Shown here in pieces: positions 31,602 through 40,334 of a stretch of DNA of 40,334 bases (position 1 is its first letter; the number at the start of each line of letters is the position of its first letter). The DNA comes from an uncultured Gammaproteobacteria bacterium. GTDB taxonomy: Bacteria > Patescibacteriota > Microgenomatia > Levybacterales > UBA12049. Both the position numbers and the translations under genes were made by a program. The notes under the pieces are model-generated. The model was not told the origin of the DNA. It made no database searches and saw nothing but the letters and a program-made list of their open reading frames with translations. Location of the stretch: contig CAZDTO010000001.1 in NCBI GenBank assembly GCA_964508395.1, positions 1-40,334 on the forward strand, read 5' to 3'.

Positions 31602-33044
31602 ATGGCAAAAAAGCAACTGTGGCTTATCAATAATTTTTACGGGGGACTTTCGGAAGCTCCGAAAGAAGGAGCTAAGGGTGCGTTTGCTTATGGGGACAGG
31701 CTTGATATTAAAAGCGATTTAAACAGTGTTACGGCAGGAATAAAAACTACCAAGGACTCGTCAACAACAATAACTGATTTACCTAAGTGGATTGAGCACG
31801 ATGCGGTAAATGATAGAACTTATGCGTATGGGGATGATGGTAACTTCTATTCAGAGAATGCGGGGACTTGGTCTGCCTTGACAACTCCCACCACTGCTAA
31901 GGGACAGGGGATGAAAATTTGGAATGATTATGTGTATCTTCGCAAAACTTCTGCGCTATCAAGATACGGGGTGCTTTCGGGCAGTCCTACTCTAACCCAA
32001 TCCTGGCAGACCTCAAACGTTCAAACGGAGAATGACCACGGACCTATTGTGGAGTTTTTAGGCAATCTCTATTTTGCTAACGGCAGATATTTAGGTGAGT
32101 GGAATGACACTACCTGGACATACAATAAAATCACCCTACCTATAGGGTGGAAAATTCGGGCAATGGCAGTGTTGGGAGAGGACTTGGTGATGGGAGGATG
32201 GGTTGGATCAAATGTCTACGACTACTCAAAAGGCTTCCTGTGGTTTTGGAACGGCACGGATACATCTGTAACAAACTTTCTTGAAATTTCAGAGGGAGCG
32301 GTCAACTCAATGTATGTCGTGGATAATTTGCTTTACTTTGTGGCAGGGTCGGTAGGTAATTTGTACGTCTATACGGGACAGACTATTAAGCTGAGACAGC
32401 TAACCAACCTTTTGCTGACAGATGATTATATTGAGGTCTTTCCCGGGGCAATGGGGACTCACAAAGGCGATTTGATGATAGGTTTGGCAGGCAAGACCGA
32501 CTCGGCTGATATTACACAGGGAGTTTATTCTTACAGCCGAACTTCAAAAAACTACCCCAGAGCTATGAACATAGACCACCTAATCTCAACAGGAACTTCA
32601 ACAGGGACAACTTTGAAGATAGGTGCTGTTCATTCAGTCGGCCCTAACGAATTTTATATCGGCTGGGAGGATACAACAGCTACCAATGGCATAGATAAAG
32701 TATCGGGAACCTCACCCTACACAACAGCCCTTTGGCACTCACTCTGGTTTGATAATGGCAATCCTTACTCGGTAAAGGAATTGGATCAAATAAAATTCAC
32801 ATTTAAGCCTTTGGCGGCTAATGAGAGCTTTGACTTTTACTACCGCCTAGATAGAGCTTCAACATGGACTAGCCTAGGGACTGCTGATACCGATAGCGAT
32901 ACCGAGACAGTCTATTCAATTACTCCTATGAAAACATGGAAAGAAATTCAACTGAGAGCCGATATTAAGACATCGGGATCAACAGCGCCCGATCTTTTAT
33001 CAACAGCAGTTTCATTCTCTGAAAGAAGGGGTCTCAAGCTATGA
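31602..33044 (+). CDS. hypothetical structural protein (beta-rich, propeller-like by composition)
   Basis: Track ORF of 480 aa, W/G/Y/T-rich. Confidence 0.5.
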   Translation: MAKKQLWLINNFYGGLSEAPKEGAKGAFAYGDRLDIKSDLNSVTAGIKTTKDSSTTITDLPKWIEHDAVNDRTYAYGDDGNFYSENAGTWSALTTPTTAKGQGMKIWNDYVYLRKTSALSRYGVLSGSPTLTQSWQTSNVQTENDHGPIVEFLGNLYFANGRYLGEWNDTTWTYNKITLPIGWKIRAMAVLGEDLVMGGWVGSNVYDYSKGFLWFWNGTDTSVTNFLEISEGAVNSMYVVDNLLYFVAGSVGNLYVYTGQTIKLRQLTNLLLTDDYIEVFPGAMGTHKGDLMIGLAGKTDSADITQGVYSYSRTSKNYPRAMNIDHLISTGTSTGTTLKIGAVHSVGPNEFYIGWEDTTATNGIDKVSGTSPYTTALWHSLWFDNGNPYSVKELDQIKFTFKPLAANESFDFYYRLDRASTWTSLGTADTDSDTETVYSITPMKTWKEIQLRADIKTSGSTAPDLLSTAVSFSERRGLKL

Positions 33045-33763
33045 GTGAAGATAAGTTTAAGATAGTCAGGAGTCCTGTAATTGAAGATGCAGAACTCCCT
33101 GAAACACACAAGCATAATGACATAGATCAACCTGCTATAGACGTTGAAGATGTACCAGCAGGTACAGATCACGCCTTACTAAGCAATGTAACAATAGACC
33201 AGCATCACGCACGGGATCATGCAACAAGGCATCTATCGGGCGGCGGAGATGAGTTAAGTCTGACAGTTTTGGAAGGCGGAACAGGGATTGAGACATATAC
33301 ACAGGGAGATATAATCTATAGCTCGGCTGCAAATACTTTGGCAAAGCTGGTAAAAAACACTACTGCAACAAGGTATCTTTCAAATACCGGCACAGACAAT
33401 AACCCCGCATGGGCGCTGGTTAACCTAGCTAATGGAGTAACAGGAACTCTACCGGTTGCCAATGGCGGAACGGGAGCTACAACATTAACAGGTATTCTGC
33501 TAGGAAACGGAACATCGGCAGTTACAGCGCTTGCATCAACAGGCACAGGAGATGTAGTTAGAGCTACTTCGCCTACTTTAGTAACTCCTACGCTAGGGGC
33601 GGCAACTGTTACTACAATTAGCGTTTCCGCTATTCAAGTTTTGGGAGCGCAGGGTGCTGCCGTAGCTGACGCTTCAGGAGGAGCTACTATAGATGCCGAA
33701 GCCAGAACTGCCATAAATACATTACTAGCGAGATTACGAACTCATGGAATGATTGCAACATAA
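33041..33763 (+). CDS. tail fibre protein
   Basis: HALLSNVTIDQHHARDHATRHLSGGGDEL and LPVANGGTGATTLTGILLGNGTSAVTA are common phage-fibre N-terminal patterns. Confidence 0.55.
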   Translation: MSEDKFKIVRSPVIEDAELPETHKHNDIDQPAIDVEDVPAGTDHALLSNVTIDQHHARDHATRHLSGGGDELSLTVLEGGTGIETYTQGDIIYSSAANTLAKLVKNTTATRYLSNTGTDNNPAWALVNLANGVTGTLPVANGGTGATTLTGILLGNGTSAVTALASTGTGDVVRATSPTLVTPTLGAATVTTISVSAIQVLGAQGAAVADASGGATIDAEARTAINTLLARLRTHGMIAT

Positions 33764-33768
33764 AAAAT

Positions 33769-36700
33769 ATGGGAATTTTTGATGCAACAAGCAGATTTTT
33801 AGAGCAAGCCAAAAAGAAGGTTCAGCCTGTTGTACAAGCTGTGAAAAATTTCAATAAACCTATTACGGCTCAAGGAATAGGAAATAGACAGCCTTTTATC
33901 AATCCTATTCCAAAAAGTGATATTGTAAAACCGACTCCCATAATAAGACCTGTGCCTGCGAGACCTGCGGCAGTACCCGTAGCGCGAAAGCCTACGCAAG
34001 CTGCTCCTGGACTGGCAAGCGCAGCTCAAAGATTGTTGGGAGGTGCTGTAAATACTGCCAAGAAGTTTGTTGGTATCCAATCACCTTTTACACCAATGGG
34101 TGTAACGCCTAACATTGCAGAGAAGGTAGGACAGGCATTACGAAAGACTCCTGATGTACCAATCAGGGCTCCGAGCTTTTTAAACCGACAAAAAATCCTT
34201 CCTATATTAGGAGAAAAGAGTCCATCTTTAGGACAGGCTTTTGACTTTGCCAAGAACATACCTTCACAAATAGCTAGGGATACGGGATTTTTCCTTGAGA
34301 AATCTGCGACTCCTCAAGGCAGGAAACAACTTTTTACAGGAGCAAAACAAATTCCAACGCAAATCAGAAACAAAGATGTAGGAGCGCTGTTTGAAAATCC
34401 TGCAATTATAGCTTTATCTGGCGCAAGCAACATTATTCCAGGAGGAGGAATTGTACCCTCTATTGCTAAAAAGGGAATAAAACAAGCAGTAGTAAAAGCA
34501 GGTGCAAAAGAAGTAACCAAAAAGGAAGCGCCACAGTTATTTAAGGGAACAAAACCCCTCCAATCATTAGCAGAAGAAGCAAGAAGAGTACCTGATGAAA
34601 TACCTCGATTGGTAAATATAGCAAAGCAAACTAAAAATCCTAAAGATTTTGCTGAAACCTTTGCAAGAATGAGAAATGTTTTGATTGCCGAAAAAGGTAA
34701 AGCTGGAATTTGGGAAGAGCCGTCCCATTTTAATAGGTTATTCTCTACAGAAGAAACAACACGGGAATTGACTAAAAGGTTACAGCAAAAAGGGTTTAAA
34801 TCAATAGAAGACTTCTATACCCAAGCTACAGGAGGAGTTAAGCCTACTTTATTTGGGAAAACTTCTGTTGTTAGACAACCAGCTAGGATTGCTAAAGAAG
34901 TTGAACCGACAGCACAGCAGATAGCGGATGCCGAAGATCAAATACTCCGAGAAGTACAAGCAGAAATGCGAGCGGTCAATCAAGCCGATCCAAACCAAAA
35001 ACTATTTACTAAAATGCGTAATTTTCTTAGGATTTCAGGAGAAAAACGACCCGAAAGCACAGGAGAATTATATAGAGAACATATACCAGCTTATGTTTTT
35101 GGACAATCAAGCGACGAGTTGGCTACTTCTATGGGAATGACTGAAAATGAACTGATGGCAAAATTAACCGAAGGAATAACAGTAGGTGGCAGAGTAACTG
35201 CTCAAAAAATAAATATATCAAGATTGCAGAAAAAAGCCAAAGACTTATTTGAAAAACTAGATCCGCAATCGTATAAAGTAATGCGTGATGTATTCAATAA
35301 GGTCGAGGCTGTTTCTGCGGAGGCGACCCCACAGACTCTAGCAAAGGTGGCAAAACAACAAGCACGGGTGGCAGAACAAGCGGCAAAAGAGGAATATAAC
35401 ACATGGAAAACCAATATGTTTAAGCAGGAAGCAAGAACAACAGGAGAAGCGGTTGAGGATATAGTAAGCGAGATTGACCGAGCAACAGTTTCGCCTCTTT
35501 CAAAAGGAGTAGAAGAACTAAAAGATATAGGCAATGTAGCAAAAGGATTTAGAGATGTATTTAGAAACTTCTCTCATGTTTTTGGCAAAAAAGTTGTAGA
35601 TGCAAAAAGACTTATTCTTGACCCCTTTGATGAGGCAAAAGGAGTATTTGTTAAAAATCTCAACCAGTGGGAAAACGCAATAGAGCAAAATGTTATTAAA
35701 AATGGCATTAAAAAGGGAAACAGAGAAAGCGAGCTAACGCAGCTTTTTGGAGAAAGACAAATGAGTCTGGCTGAACTTCAGGCAAAAGCTCCCAAAAAAT
35801 GGCAGGCTATAGTTGAAGCTGACAGATGGTTTAGACAAGCCTATGATAATCTTCTCAACGAAGTAAATTCGGTTAGAGCAAGAATTTATCCTAATGATCC
35901 GACAAAGATAATCCCAAGACGGGCGGATTACTATCGCCATTTCCGAGAGATGGCGCAAGGTATAGAGGGATTAAGAAATGTATTTGATACCCCAGCTAAT
36001 ATAACATCCCATCTATCAGGAATTTCAGAGTTTACCAAACCAAAGTCAAAGTTTCTATCTTTCGCACAAAAAAGACTAGGATTAAGAACAGATGTTGATG
36101 CTGTCGGAGGATTTATAGACTATGTTAGAGCTGCCGAATATGCGAAAAACATTGATCCCCACATAGGCAAATTCAGAGCCTTAGCCAAAGAGTTAGCAGA
36201 ACAAACAGCAGAAGGTGTTAATGCTGGTCGTTTAAATAACTTCATAGAATACTTACAGGATTTTGCTAATGATTTGGCAGGTAAAACTAACCCGATTGAC
36301 AGAGCTTTACAAAAGTATATTCCCGGAGGAAGACAGGCATTTAGAATTATCACCTGGGCGAATAGTAGAGTGAAAGCTAATGTTATGCTGGGTAATATAT
36401 CATCTTCTTTGGCCCAGATATTTAATGTTCCTCAAGGAATGGCGAATGTGGGTAATCCGAAATATTGGTACAAGGGAGCAGGAGACAGCTTGGCCTCCAT
36501 GTTTGCCAAAAACGCACCAATGGAAAAGTCAACTTTTATAGCAGAGAGATACAACCGCGCTTTTGAAAAATTTAATACAGGACTTTTAGATAATCCTAAG
36601 CGATTTACTATCTGGATGATAACAGTGCTTGACGAGGTCGGTACTAAGTATATTTGGAATATGCACTACCAGAAAGCGATAGCAGAAGGTGTTGGTAATC

Positions 36701-37881
36701 CTATTAAATATGCAGACGACATTACTAGGGGTATGGTAGCGGGGCGCAGTATTGGAGAAGTTCCATTGGCACAAAAAGCCAGACTTTCGCAGATGATTAT
36801 ACCATTTCAAATTGAGGTAGGAAATTTGTGGTGGGTAATGAAGGACATGGTTGATGAGAAGACTTTTGGAAAACTGGCCACTCTTTTTGTACTCAATCAT
36901 GTTTTCAACAAAGCCGCAGAAGCTATAAGAGGATCGGGGGTTACTCTCGATCCCATACAAGCAATGCTTGACTCTTTTGAGACCTTTGCAGAAGAAGAAG
37001 ACAAAGGTGTTGGGGCAATAAGAGCTGTCGGAAGACTGGCGGGAGAGGTTTTATCAAATGTGCCTTTTGGACAAACGGCTGCTCAACTCTACCCAGAGTA
37101 TGGAGTTAAAATCCCAGGAACGGAAGAAACACTAACAAGGAAAGAGTTTTTTGGCAGAGAAGATCCGACAAGGTTTGGAGGAGGGCCACTTTTTGCAAAA
37201 GGACTGACTGATCCTCTTTTTAAACTTTTACCTCCTTTTGGGGGAGTACAGGCGCAAAGAACCATTGAAGGATCTAAGGCTTTGAATAGAGGATATTCGG
37301 AAACTAAAACAGGCAGGGTGCGCTTTCCTATAGAACCAACGCCCAGAAACATAGGGCAGGGAGCATTGTTTGGACAATATGCACTTCCCGAAGGACAAAC
37401 ATACTTTAGAGAAAATAGGCAACCATTAGGAGATCAGCAATCAGAGGCTTTCAAGGCTACCTCTCCTAATGAAAGAAGGGGCGTATATGAGGGAATTTTA
37501 GAGACAAGAGAAGCTGAAAGAAAGAAGACCAAGCAAAAAGAAACAGACACAGAAAGGCTAATGCCTATTTATGAACAATTAGAAGCTCTTGATGAAGCTG
37601 ACAGGTGGCAGGAGGCAGAAGACATATACCAAAGCCTGCCTGAAGAGGACAAAGAAATATATAGGAGTATTAAACAGTCGGAAAAAACTAAAGCAGGTAA
37701 TATCTTAGAAAAACAGATGTACTCAATAGTCAAACAATTCCAGGAGTTAGATGATCAAGGCAGGTGGGATGAGGCGGAACAGATATATCAAGACATGACT
37801 CCGGAAGAAAAAAGGGCTTACAAGGCAGCCAAGAAGGCCTTGGGAATTGGGAAAGAGACGCAGCAGGTTTTTGCACAATAA
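33769..37881 (+). CDS. very large virion protein (internal/ejection protein or tape-measure-like)
   Basis: 1370 aa, helical composition, C-terminal ~37 aa tandem repeat. No enzymatic motif recognised. Confidence 0.5.
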   Translation: MGIFDATSRFLEQAKKKVQPVVQAVKNFNKPITAQGIGNRQPFINPIPKSDIVKPTPIIRPVPARPAAVPVARKPTQAAPGLASAAQRLLGGAVNTAKKFVGIQSPFTPMGVTPNIAEKVGQALRKTPDVPIRAPSFLNRQKILPILGEKSPSLGQAFDFAKNIPSQIARDTGFFLEKSATPQGRKQLFTGAKQIPTQIRNKDVGALFENPAIIALSGASNIIPGGGIVPSIAKKGIKQAVVKAGAKEVTKKEAPQLFKGTKPLQSLAEEARRVPDEIPRLVNIAKQTKNPKDFAETFARMRNVLIAEKGKAGIWEEPSHFNRLFSTEETTRELTKRLQQKGFKSIEDFYTQATGGVKPTLFGKTSVVRQPARIAKEVEPTAQQIADAEDQILREVQAEMRAVNQADPNQKLFTKMRNFLRISGEKRPESTGELYREHIPAYVFGQSSDELATSMGMTENELMAKLTEGITVGGRVTAQKINISRLQKKAKDLFEKLDPQSYKVMRDVFNKVEAVSAEATPQTLAKVAKQQARVAEQAAKEEYNTWKTNMFKQEARTTGEAVEDIVSEIDRATVSPLSKGVEELKDIGNVAKGFRDVFRNFSHVFGKKVVDAKRLILDPFDEAKGVFVKNLNQWENAIEQNVIKNGIKKGNRESELTQLFGERQMSLAELQAKAPKKWQAIVEADRWFRQAYDNLLNEVNSVRARIYPNDPTKIIPRRADYYRHFREMAQGIEGLRNVFDTPANITSHLSGISEFTKPKSKFLSFAQKRLGLRTDVDAVGGFIDYVRAAEYAKNIDPHIGKFRALAKELAEQTAEGVNAGRLNNFIEYLQDFANDLAGKTNPIDRALQKYIPGGRQAFRIITWANSRVKANVMLGNISSSLAQIFNVPQGMANVGNPKYWYKGAGDSLASMFAKNAPMEKSTFIAERYNRAFEKFNTGLLDNPKRFTIWMITVLDEVGTKYIWNMHYQKAIAEGVGNPIKYADDITRGMVAGRSIGEVPLAQKARLSQMIIPFQIEVGNLWWVMKDMVDEKTFGKLATLFVLNHVFNKAAEAIRGSGVTLDPIQAMLDSFETFAEEEDKGVGAIRAVGRLAGEVLSNVPFGQTAAQLYPEYGVKIPGTEETLTRKEFFGREDPTRFGGGPLFAKGLTDPLFKLLPPFGGVQAQRTIEGSKALNRGYSETKTGRVRFPIEPTPRNIGQGALFGQYALPEGQTYFRENRQPLGDQQSEAFKATSPNERRGVYEGILETREAERKKTKQKETDTERLMPIYEQLEALDEADRWQEAEDIYQSLPEEDKEIYRSIKQSEKTKAGNILEKQMYSIVKQFQELDDQGRWDEAEQIYQDMTPEEKRAYKAAKKALGIGKETQQVFAQ

Positions 37882-37883
37882 AA

Positions 37884-38141
37884 ATGAGCATAGAACAATT
37901 ATTTATAAATCAAATTAGTTCAGTAGTAGTTACGGGAGCTTTTATTTTTTATTTAGTCCGCAAAGACAAATCGAGCAAGGAAACATACGATAGGTTTTCC
38001 AATGTAATAGAAAATCATTTAGTGCATAGTACTAGAATAACTGAAAAAGCTACTAAAGCTAATGTAGAAATTGCAAAAACACTTCAGAAGATGTGCGATC
38101 TTTTGCAGCAATTAGAGAAAAAACAATTAAATAAAAAATGA
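37884..38141 (+). CDS. holin candidate
   Basis: 85 aa with a single TM (ISSVVVTGAFIFYLV) and a charged C-terminus. ATGA overlap with the endolysin gene. Confidence 0.5.
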   Translation: MSIEQLFINQISSVVVTGAFIFYLVRKDKSSKETYDRFSNVIENHLVHSTRITEKATKANVEIAKTLQKMCDLLQQLEKKQLNKK

Positions 38142-38815
38142 GAAGAAAATATACATCATTGCCATTTGAAGAATTTGAGACTGCTTCTGGCAATTTTGAT
38201 GACAATAGACAGACTATAGATACAATTATTATTCATTCAACTGTTGGAACAGTAAAAAGTGCAATATCCCGTTTTGGAAATCCTGAATCTGAAGTATCTG
38301 CTCATTATATTATTGGAAATGACGGCAAATTGTATGCGGGATTGGAAGAATATCTTGTTGCCTATCATTCGGGCAAGTATGCGGTAAATCAAAAGTCTAT
38401 AGGAATTGAGCATGAGTGGTATGATGGATTAGCTCCTTCCGATGCTTTATATCAAACTTCGGCAAAACTCGTAAAAGACATTTGTGATTTTTATAATATC
38501 CCTATTGATAGAGATCATATTAAGCAACATAAAGAAATAGTAGCTACCAGATGTCCCAACGCTATTGATATAGACAGAATTATTAAAGAAGCTCAAGTTG
38601 ATCCATTGGCACAATGTGCTAAAGATAGAGATGCAAACTGGCGTATCGTTAATACGGTGGGAGATGCCCTAGATATGTCGCCTGATCCTAATGATAAAAA
38701 GGCAACTTCTGAAATGTTTTCTAAAGCTATTTTAGATTTGAAGAAACAACTAAAAGAATGTCAAAATTCGCAACCACAATCGCCTACAAACCCTATTGCT
38801 AAAAAAGGTTTTTAA
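38138..38815 (+). CDS. N-acetylmuramoyl-L-alanine amidase endolysin (Amidase_2/PGRP fold)
   Basis: IIIHSTVGT, AHYIIGNDGKLY, AYHSG, SIGIEHE, HKEIVATRCP. Confidence 0.8.
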   Translation: MRRKYTSLPFEEFETASGNFDDNRQTIDTIIIHSTVGTVKSAISRFGNPESEVSAHYIIGNDGKLYAGLEEYLVAYHSGKYAVNQKSIGIEHEWYDGLAPSDALYQTSAKLVKDICDFYNIPIDRDHIKQHKEIVATRCPNAIDIDRIIKEAQVDPLAQCAKDRDANWRIVNTVGDALDMSPDPNDKKATSEMFSKAILDLKKQLKECQNSQPQSPTNPIAKKGF

Positions 38816-39130
38816 ATGAAAAACACTAATTTGACAGAACAGATACTTAATAAAATTAAAATTATTGCTGATCGGTTGGATAGTATAGAAAAAACAATCC
38901 AATTTATAAATTCTGAAAGGGAAATTTTGGAAGATATAAGAACATCTCATGTATCATTAAAAGAACTCTTATTAAATCAACGCCAACATTTTGACAATAA
39001 AATTGGAGACGTAAAATCGGAAGTAACAATACAAGGCATTAAAACTGAGGATAAACTTGAGGAGACACAGGAAAAAGTAGAGAATACAAGAAATCGAATT
39101 GAAGAAGTCAAGAAAGCTATAACTCAATGA
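38816..39130 (+). CDS. hypothetical coiled-coil protein
   Basis: Track ORF. Confidence 0.45.
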   Translation: MKNTNLTEQILNKIKIIADRLDSIEKTIQFINSEREILEDIRTSHVSLKELLLNQRQHFDNKIGDVKSEVTIQGIKTEDKLEETQEKVENTRNRIEEVKKAITQ

Positions 39131-39252
39131 AAGATACAAGCCGTTGGAAAAAATGCGTTATCTGCAAAGCTCTCTTTCGGTCAAGAGGTAATAAGAAATA
39201 TTGTGCTCCTTGCAGTTATGATGAACGAATGAAAATGTATCAAAGTTCTTAA
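39127..39252 (+). CDS. hypothetical zinc-ribbon protein (41 aa)
   Basis: Hand-translated MKDTSRWKKCVICKALFRSRGNKKYCAPCSYDERMKMYQSS. ATGA overlap. Confidence 0.35.
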   Translation: MKDTSRWKKCVICKALFRSRGNKKYCAPCSYDERMKMYQSS

Positions 39253-39264
39253 AGGAGGTGAAAA

Positions 39265-39438
39265 ATGAAACTTTTAAAAAAGGTTTTAGAAAACGATAAG
39301 GTACAGGTTGCTCTCTGGGTAGGAGTGTCATACTTGGTAACGCAGGCATTATCAGCTTTACTCCAAGTACCAGAATTGACAAACTACTACGGAGCAATCA
39401 ATGTACTTTTATATATTGCTAAAAACTTCAAAAAATGA
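39265..39438 (+). CDS. hypothetical small membrane protein (57 aa)
   Basis: Hand-translated MKLLKKVLENDKVQVALWVGVSYLVTQALSALLQVPELTNYYGAINVLLYIAKNFKK. SD aaggagg sits 7 nt upstream. Confidence 0.45.
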   Translation: MKLLKKVLENDKVQVALWVGVSYLVTQALSALLQVPELTNYYGAINVLLYIAKNFKK

Positions 39439-39590
39439 AAGAAAATCCTAAACTTGTTAATTTTCAAGTAAACTTTCATATAGAAGACGGGAATTTTGTT
39501 ATTTCCAAAAATCCTATCGGACAGGAAACTCTCTTTATGATTCCAATGATCCCGAAGGAAAAAATAGGAAAAGCAGACTATAAAAAATGA
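39435..39590 (+). CDS. hypothetical small protein (51 aa)
   Basis: Hand-translated MKENPKLVNFQVNFHIEDGNFVISKNPIGQETLFMIPMIPKEKIGKADYKK. ATGA overlaps at both ends. Confidence 0.35.
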   Translation: MKENPKLVNFQVNFHIEDGNFVISKNPIGQETLFMIPMIPKEKIGKADYKK

Positions 39591-39901
39591 ACAAGGAAAT
39601 TATCTTAGTTACGCCAGAACAGGCAAGTTATGCTATTGGACTCAGACAGTCAATAGAGGGAGCTAGGTTTTTTCGTTGGGCTTTAAAAAGACCAAATGAG
39701 AGACTTCAGCTTTTTGATGAAAATAAAAAAATGATCTTTGAAGGAGACTTGGGAACTGCTAAAATGTTGGATGGAGTTGCAAATGGACTTTTTAATGAGC
39801 TTGTGCATCCCTTAAATAGCAACATGGAAAGGACTACTGATAACGAGATGAAAGAATTAGCTCAAGAAGTTATTGAAGATGCCAGACAAACAGTTTTTTG
39901 A
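39587..39901 (+). CDS. hypothetical protein
   Basis: Track ORF. Confidence 0.5.
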   Translation: MNKEIILVTPEQASYAIGLRQSIEGARFFRWALKRPNERLQLFDENKKMIFEGDLGTAKMLDGVANGLFNELVHPLNSNMERTTDNEMKELAQEVIEDARQTVF

Positions 39902-39920
39902 TAAAAAAATTAAATCACTA

Positions 39921-39949
39921 TTGACTTTCGCATTTTCTCCGTATATAAT
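39921..39949 (+). promoter_or_regulatory. near-consensus sigma70 promoter
   Basis: TTGACT 39921-39926, 17-nt spacer, TATAAT 39944-39949. Confidence 0.65.
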
Positions 39950-39982
39950 CCGCTTCCCTGCCCCTGCCTAGAGAGGAGGGGA

Positions 39983-40135
39983 ATGAGAACTAAAATCTTT
40001 CTATTTTTCTTTAGGATAAGTAAGTATACAGAGCGAAAAATGGACTTTTCACAAAGCCAAATGCCACATAGGGTAAGGGCATTTTGGGCGATACTCAACG
40101 GATTTAGTAAAGCAGGGGTTTTCCTTGTTTCATAA
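39983..40135 (+). CDS. hypothetical small basic/hydrophobic protein (50 aa)
   Basis: Hand-translated MRTKIFLFFFRISKYTERKMDFSQSQMPHRVRAFWAILNGFSKAGVFLVS. GGAGG lies 5-6 nt upstream, directly after the promoter. It could instead be non-coding leader. Confidence 0.3.
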   Translation: MRTKIFLFFFRISKYTERKMDFSQSQMPHRVRAFWAILNGFSKAGVFLVS

Positions 40136-40169
40136 CCCATAGTAGGGAAGTCCAGTCATGGTTTTATTT

Positions 40170-40205
40170 AAGGGGTTTTTCTTGAAAAAGGAAAGCCCCT
40201 TTTTC
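40170..40205 (+). terminator. terminator-like hairpin
   Basis: aagggg (40170-40175) pairs with cccctt (40196-40201), with an inner tttttc/gaaaaa stem, then a T-run. Confidence 0.35.
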
Positions 40206-40238
40206 ATGGGATGTGAAAACTGAAGCTATTTTGGGGTA

Positions 40239-40267
40239 TTGACAAAGACTGTCCCCTATGTTACATT
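40239..40267 (+). promoter_or_regulatory. sigma70-type promoter with extended -10 pointing out of the window end
   Basis: TTGACA 40239-40244, 17-nt spacer, TGt 40259-40261, TACATT 40262-40267. Confidence 0.5.
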
Positions 40268-40334
40268 TACATTATGACATCGCAAAAGTTATATTGTACG
40301 ACATAATCACTTTCTCCTCCAAGGCTGCTTAAAC

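Noticed and set aside
21783-37422. Antisense or alternate-frame ORFs in the structural block (21783..22007, 22940..23140, 25112..25541, 25888..26079, 26525..26716, 27171..27377, 27986..28201, 28814..29077, 29790..30174 set, 30726..31277, 31528..31722, 32948..33546 set, 33799..37422 set).
   Set aside because: These are shadow ORFs of long + strand genes. Those around 29790-30174 are artefacts of the GGN-rich glycine gene.
38750-40140. Minus-strand ORFs 38750..38950, 39158..39397 and 39910..40140.
   Set aside because: The + strand here holds a continuous chain of SD-led, ATGA-coupled small ORFs and a consensus promoter. The minus ORFs lack such signals.
40-40295. Prophage attL/attR formed by the 16-nt repeat tcgcaaaagttatatt.
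   Set aside because: There is no integrase or recombinase, no flanking host-like genes and no tRNA target. The repeat lies inside a promoter-proximal coding start, which fits circular permutation better.
1-40334. Stop-codon reassignment, CRISPR arrays, tRNA genes and rRNA.
   Set aside because: Long ORFs are uninterrupted under the standard code with near-complete coding density. No regularly spaced direct repeats were seen. No cloverleaf or T-loop consensus was found by eye, though a tRNAscan run would be more reliable.

Overview
The window reads as an essentially complete ~40 kb tailed dsDNA phage genome. It is very gene-dense, and every convincing gene is on the + strand except one two-gene antisense cassette. 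Morphotype is not determinable, but no sheath, tube or tape-measure-chaperone signature is seen, so a podovirus-like layout is favoured.

Layout:
- 1-8040: AT-rich early region of about 30 small ORFs. It includes an HTH protein, an SLT-type transglycosylase, a replisome organizer with internal iterons, an HNH/NinG-like nuclease candidate and several Cys-rich proteins. The ORFs are stitched together by repeated junction sequences.
- 8040-8546: regulatory hub with a small winged-helix gene bracketed by a repeated promoter-like element, then a promoter followed immediately by a terminator hairpin.
- 8546-15748: late operon that opens with a GroES-like plus GroEL-like chaperonin pair, followed by TerS. 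The TerL gene is split into separate ATPase and nuclease genes by a 1.7 kb island carrying a methionine aminopeptidase and an RRM RNA-binding protein.
- 15826-37881: portal, scaffold, a free-standing HNH endonuclease cassette, major capsid, a beta-helix protein, a fibre and receptor-binding module, and a 1370 aa virion protein.
- 24053-25018: interrupts the structural block with a ~410 nt highly structured non-coding stretch and two antisense membrane-protein genes.
- 37884-38815: holin plus amidase endolysin.
- 38816-40334: small ORFs and two strong outward-facing promoters.

I recognised no tRNA, rRNA, CRISPR array, integrase, reverse transcriptase or DNA/RNA polymerase. The standard genetic code fits.

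Best novelty candidates, in order:
1. The split terminase with its junction-peptide triplication and its MAP/RRM cargo.
2. The co-located protein-biogenesis toolkit (GroES, GroEL, MAP) in a small phage.
3. The GNRA-rich structured RNA candidate at 24053-24466.
4. The cassette-like early genes with identical flanks.

All functional calls come from motif recognition by eye. No database search or folding computation was possible.
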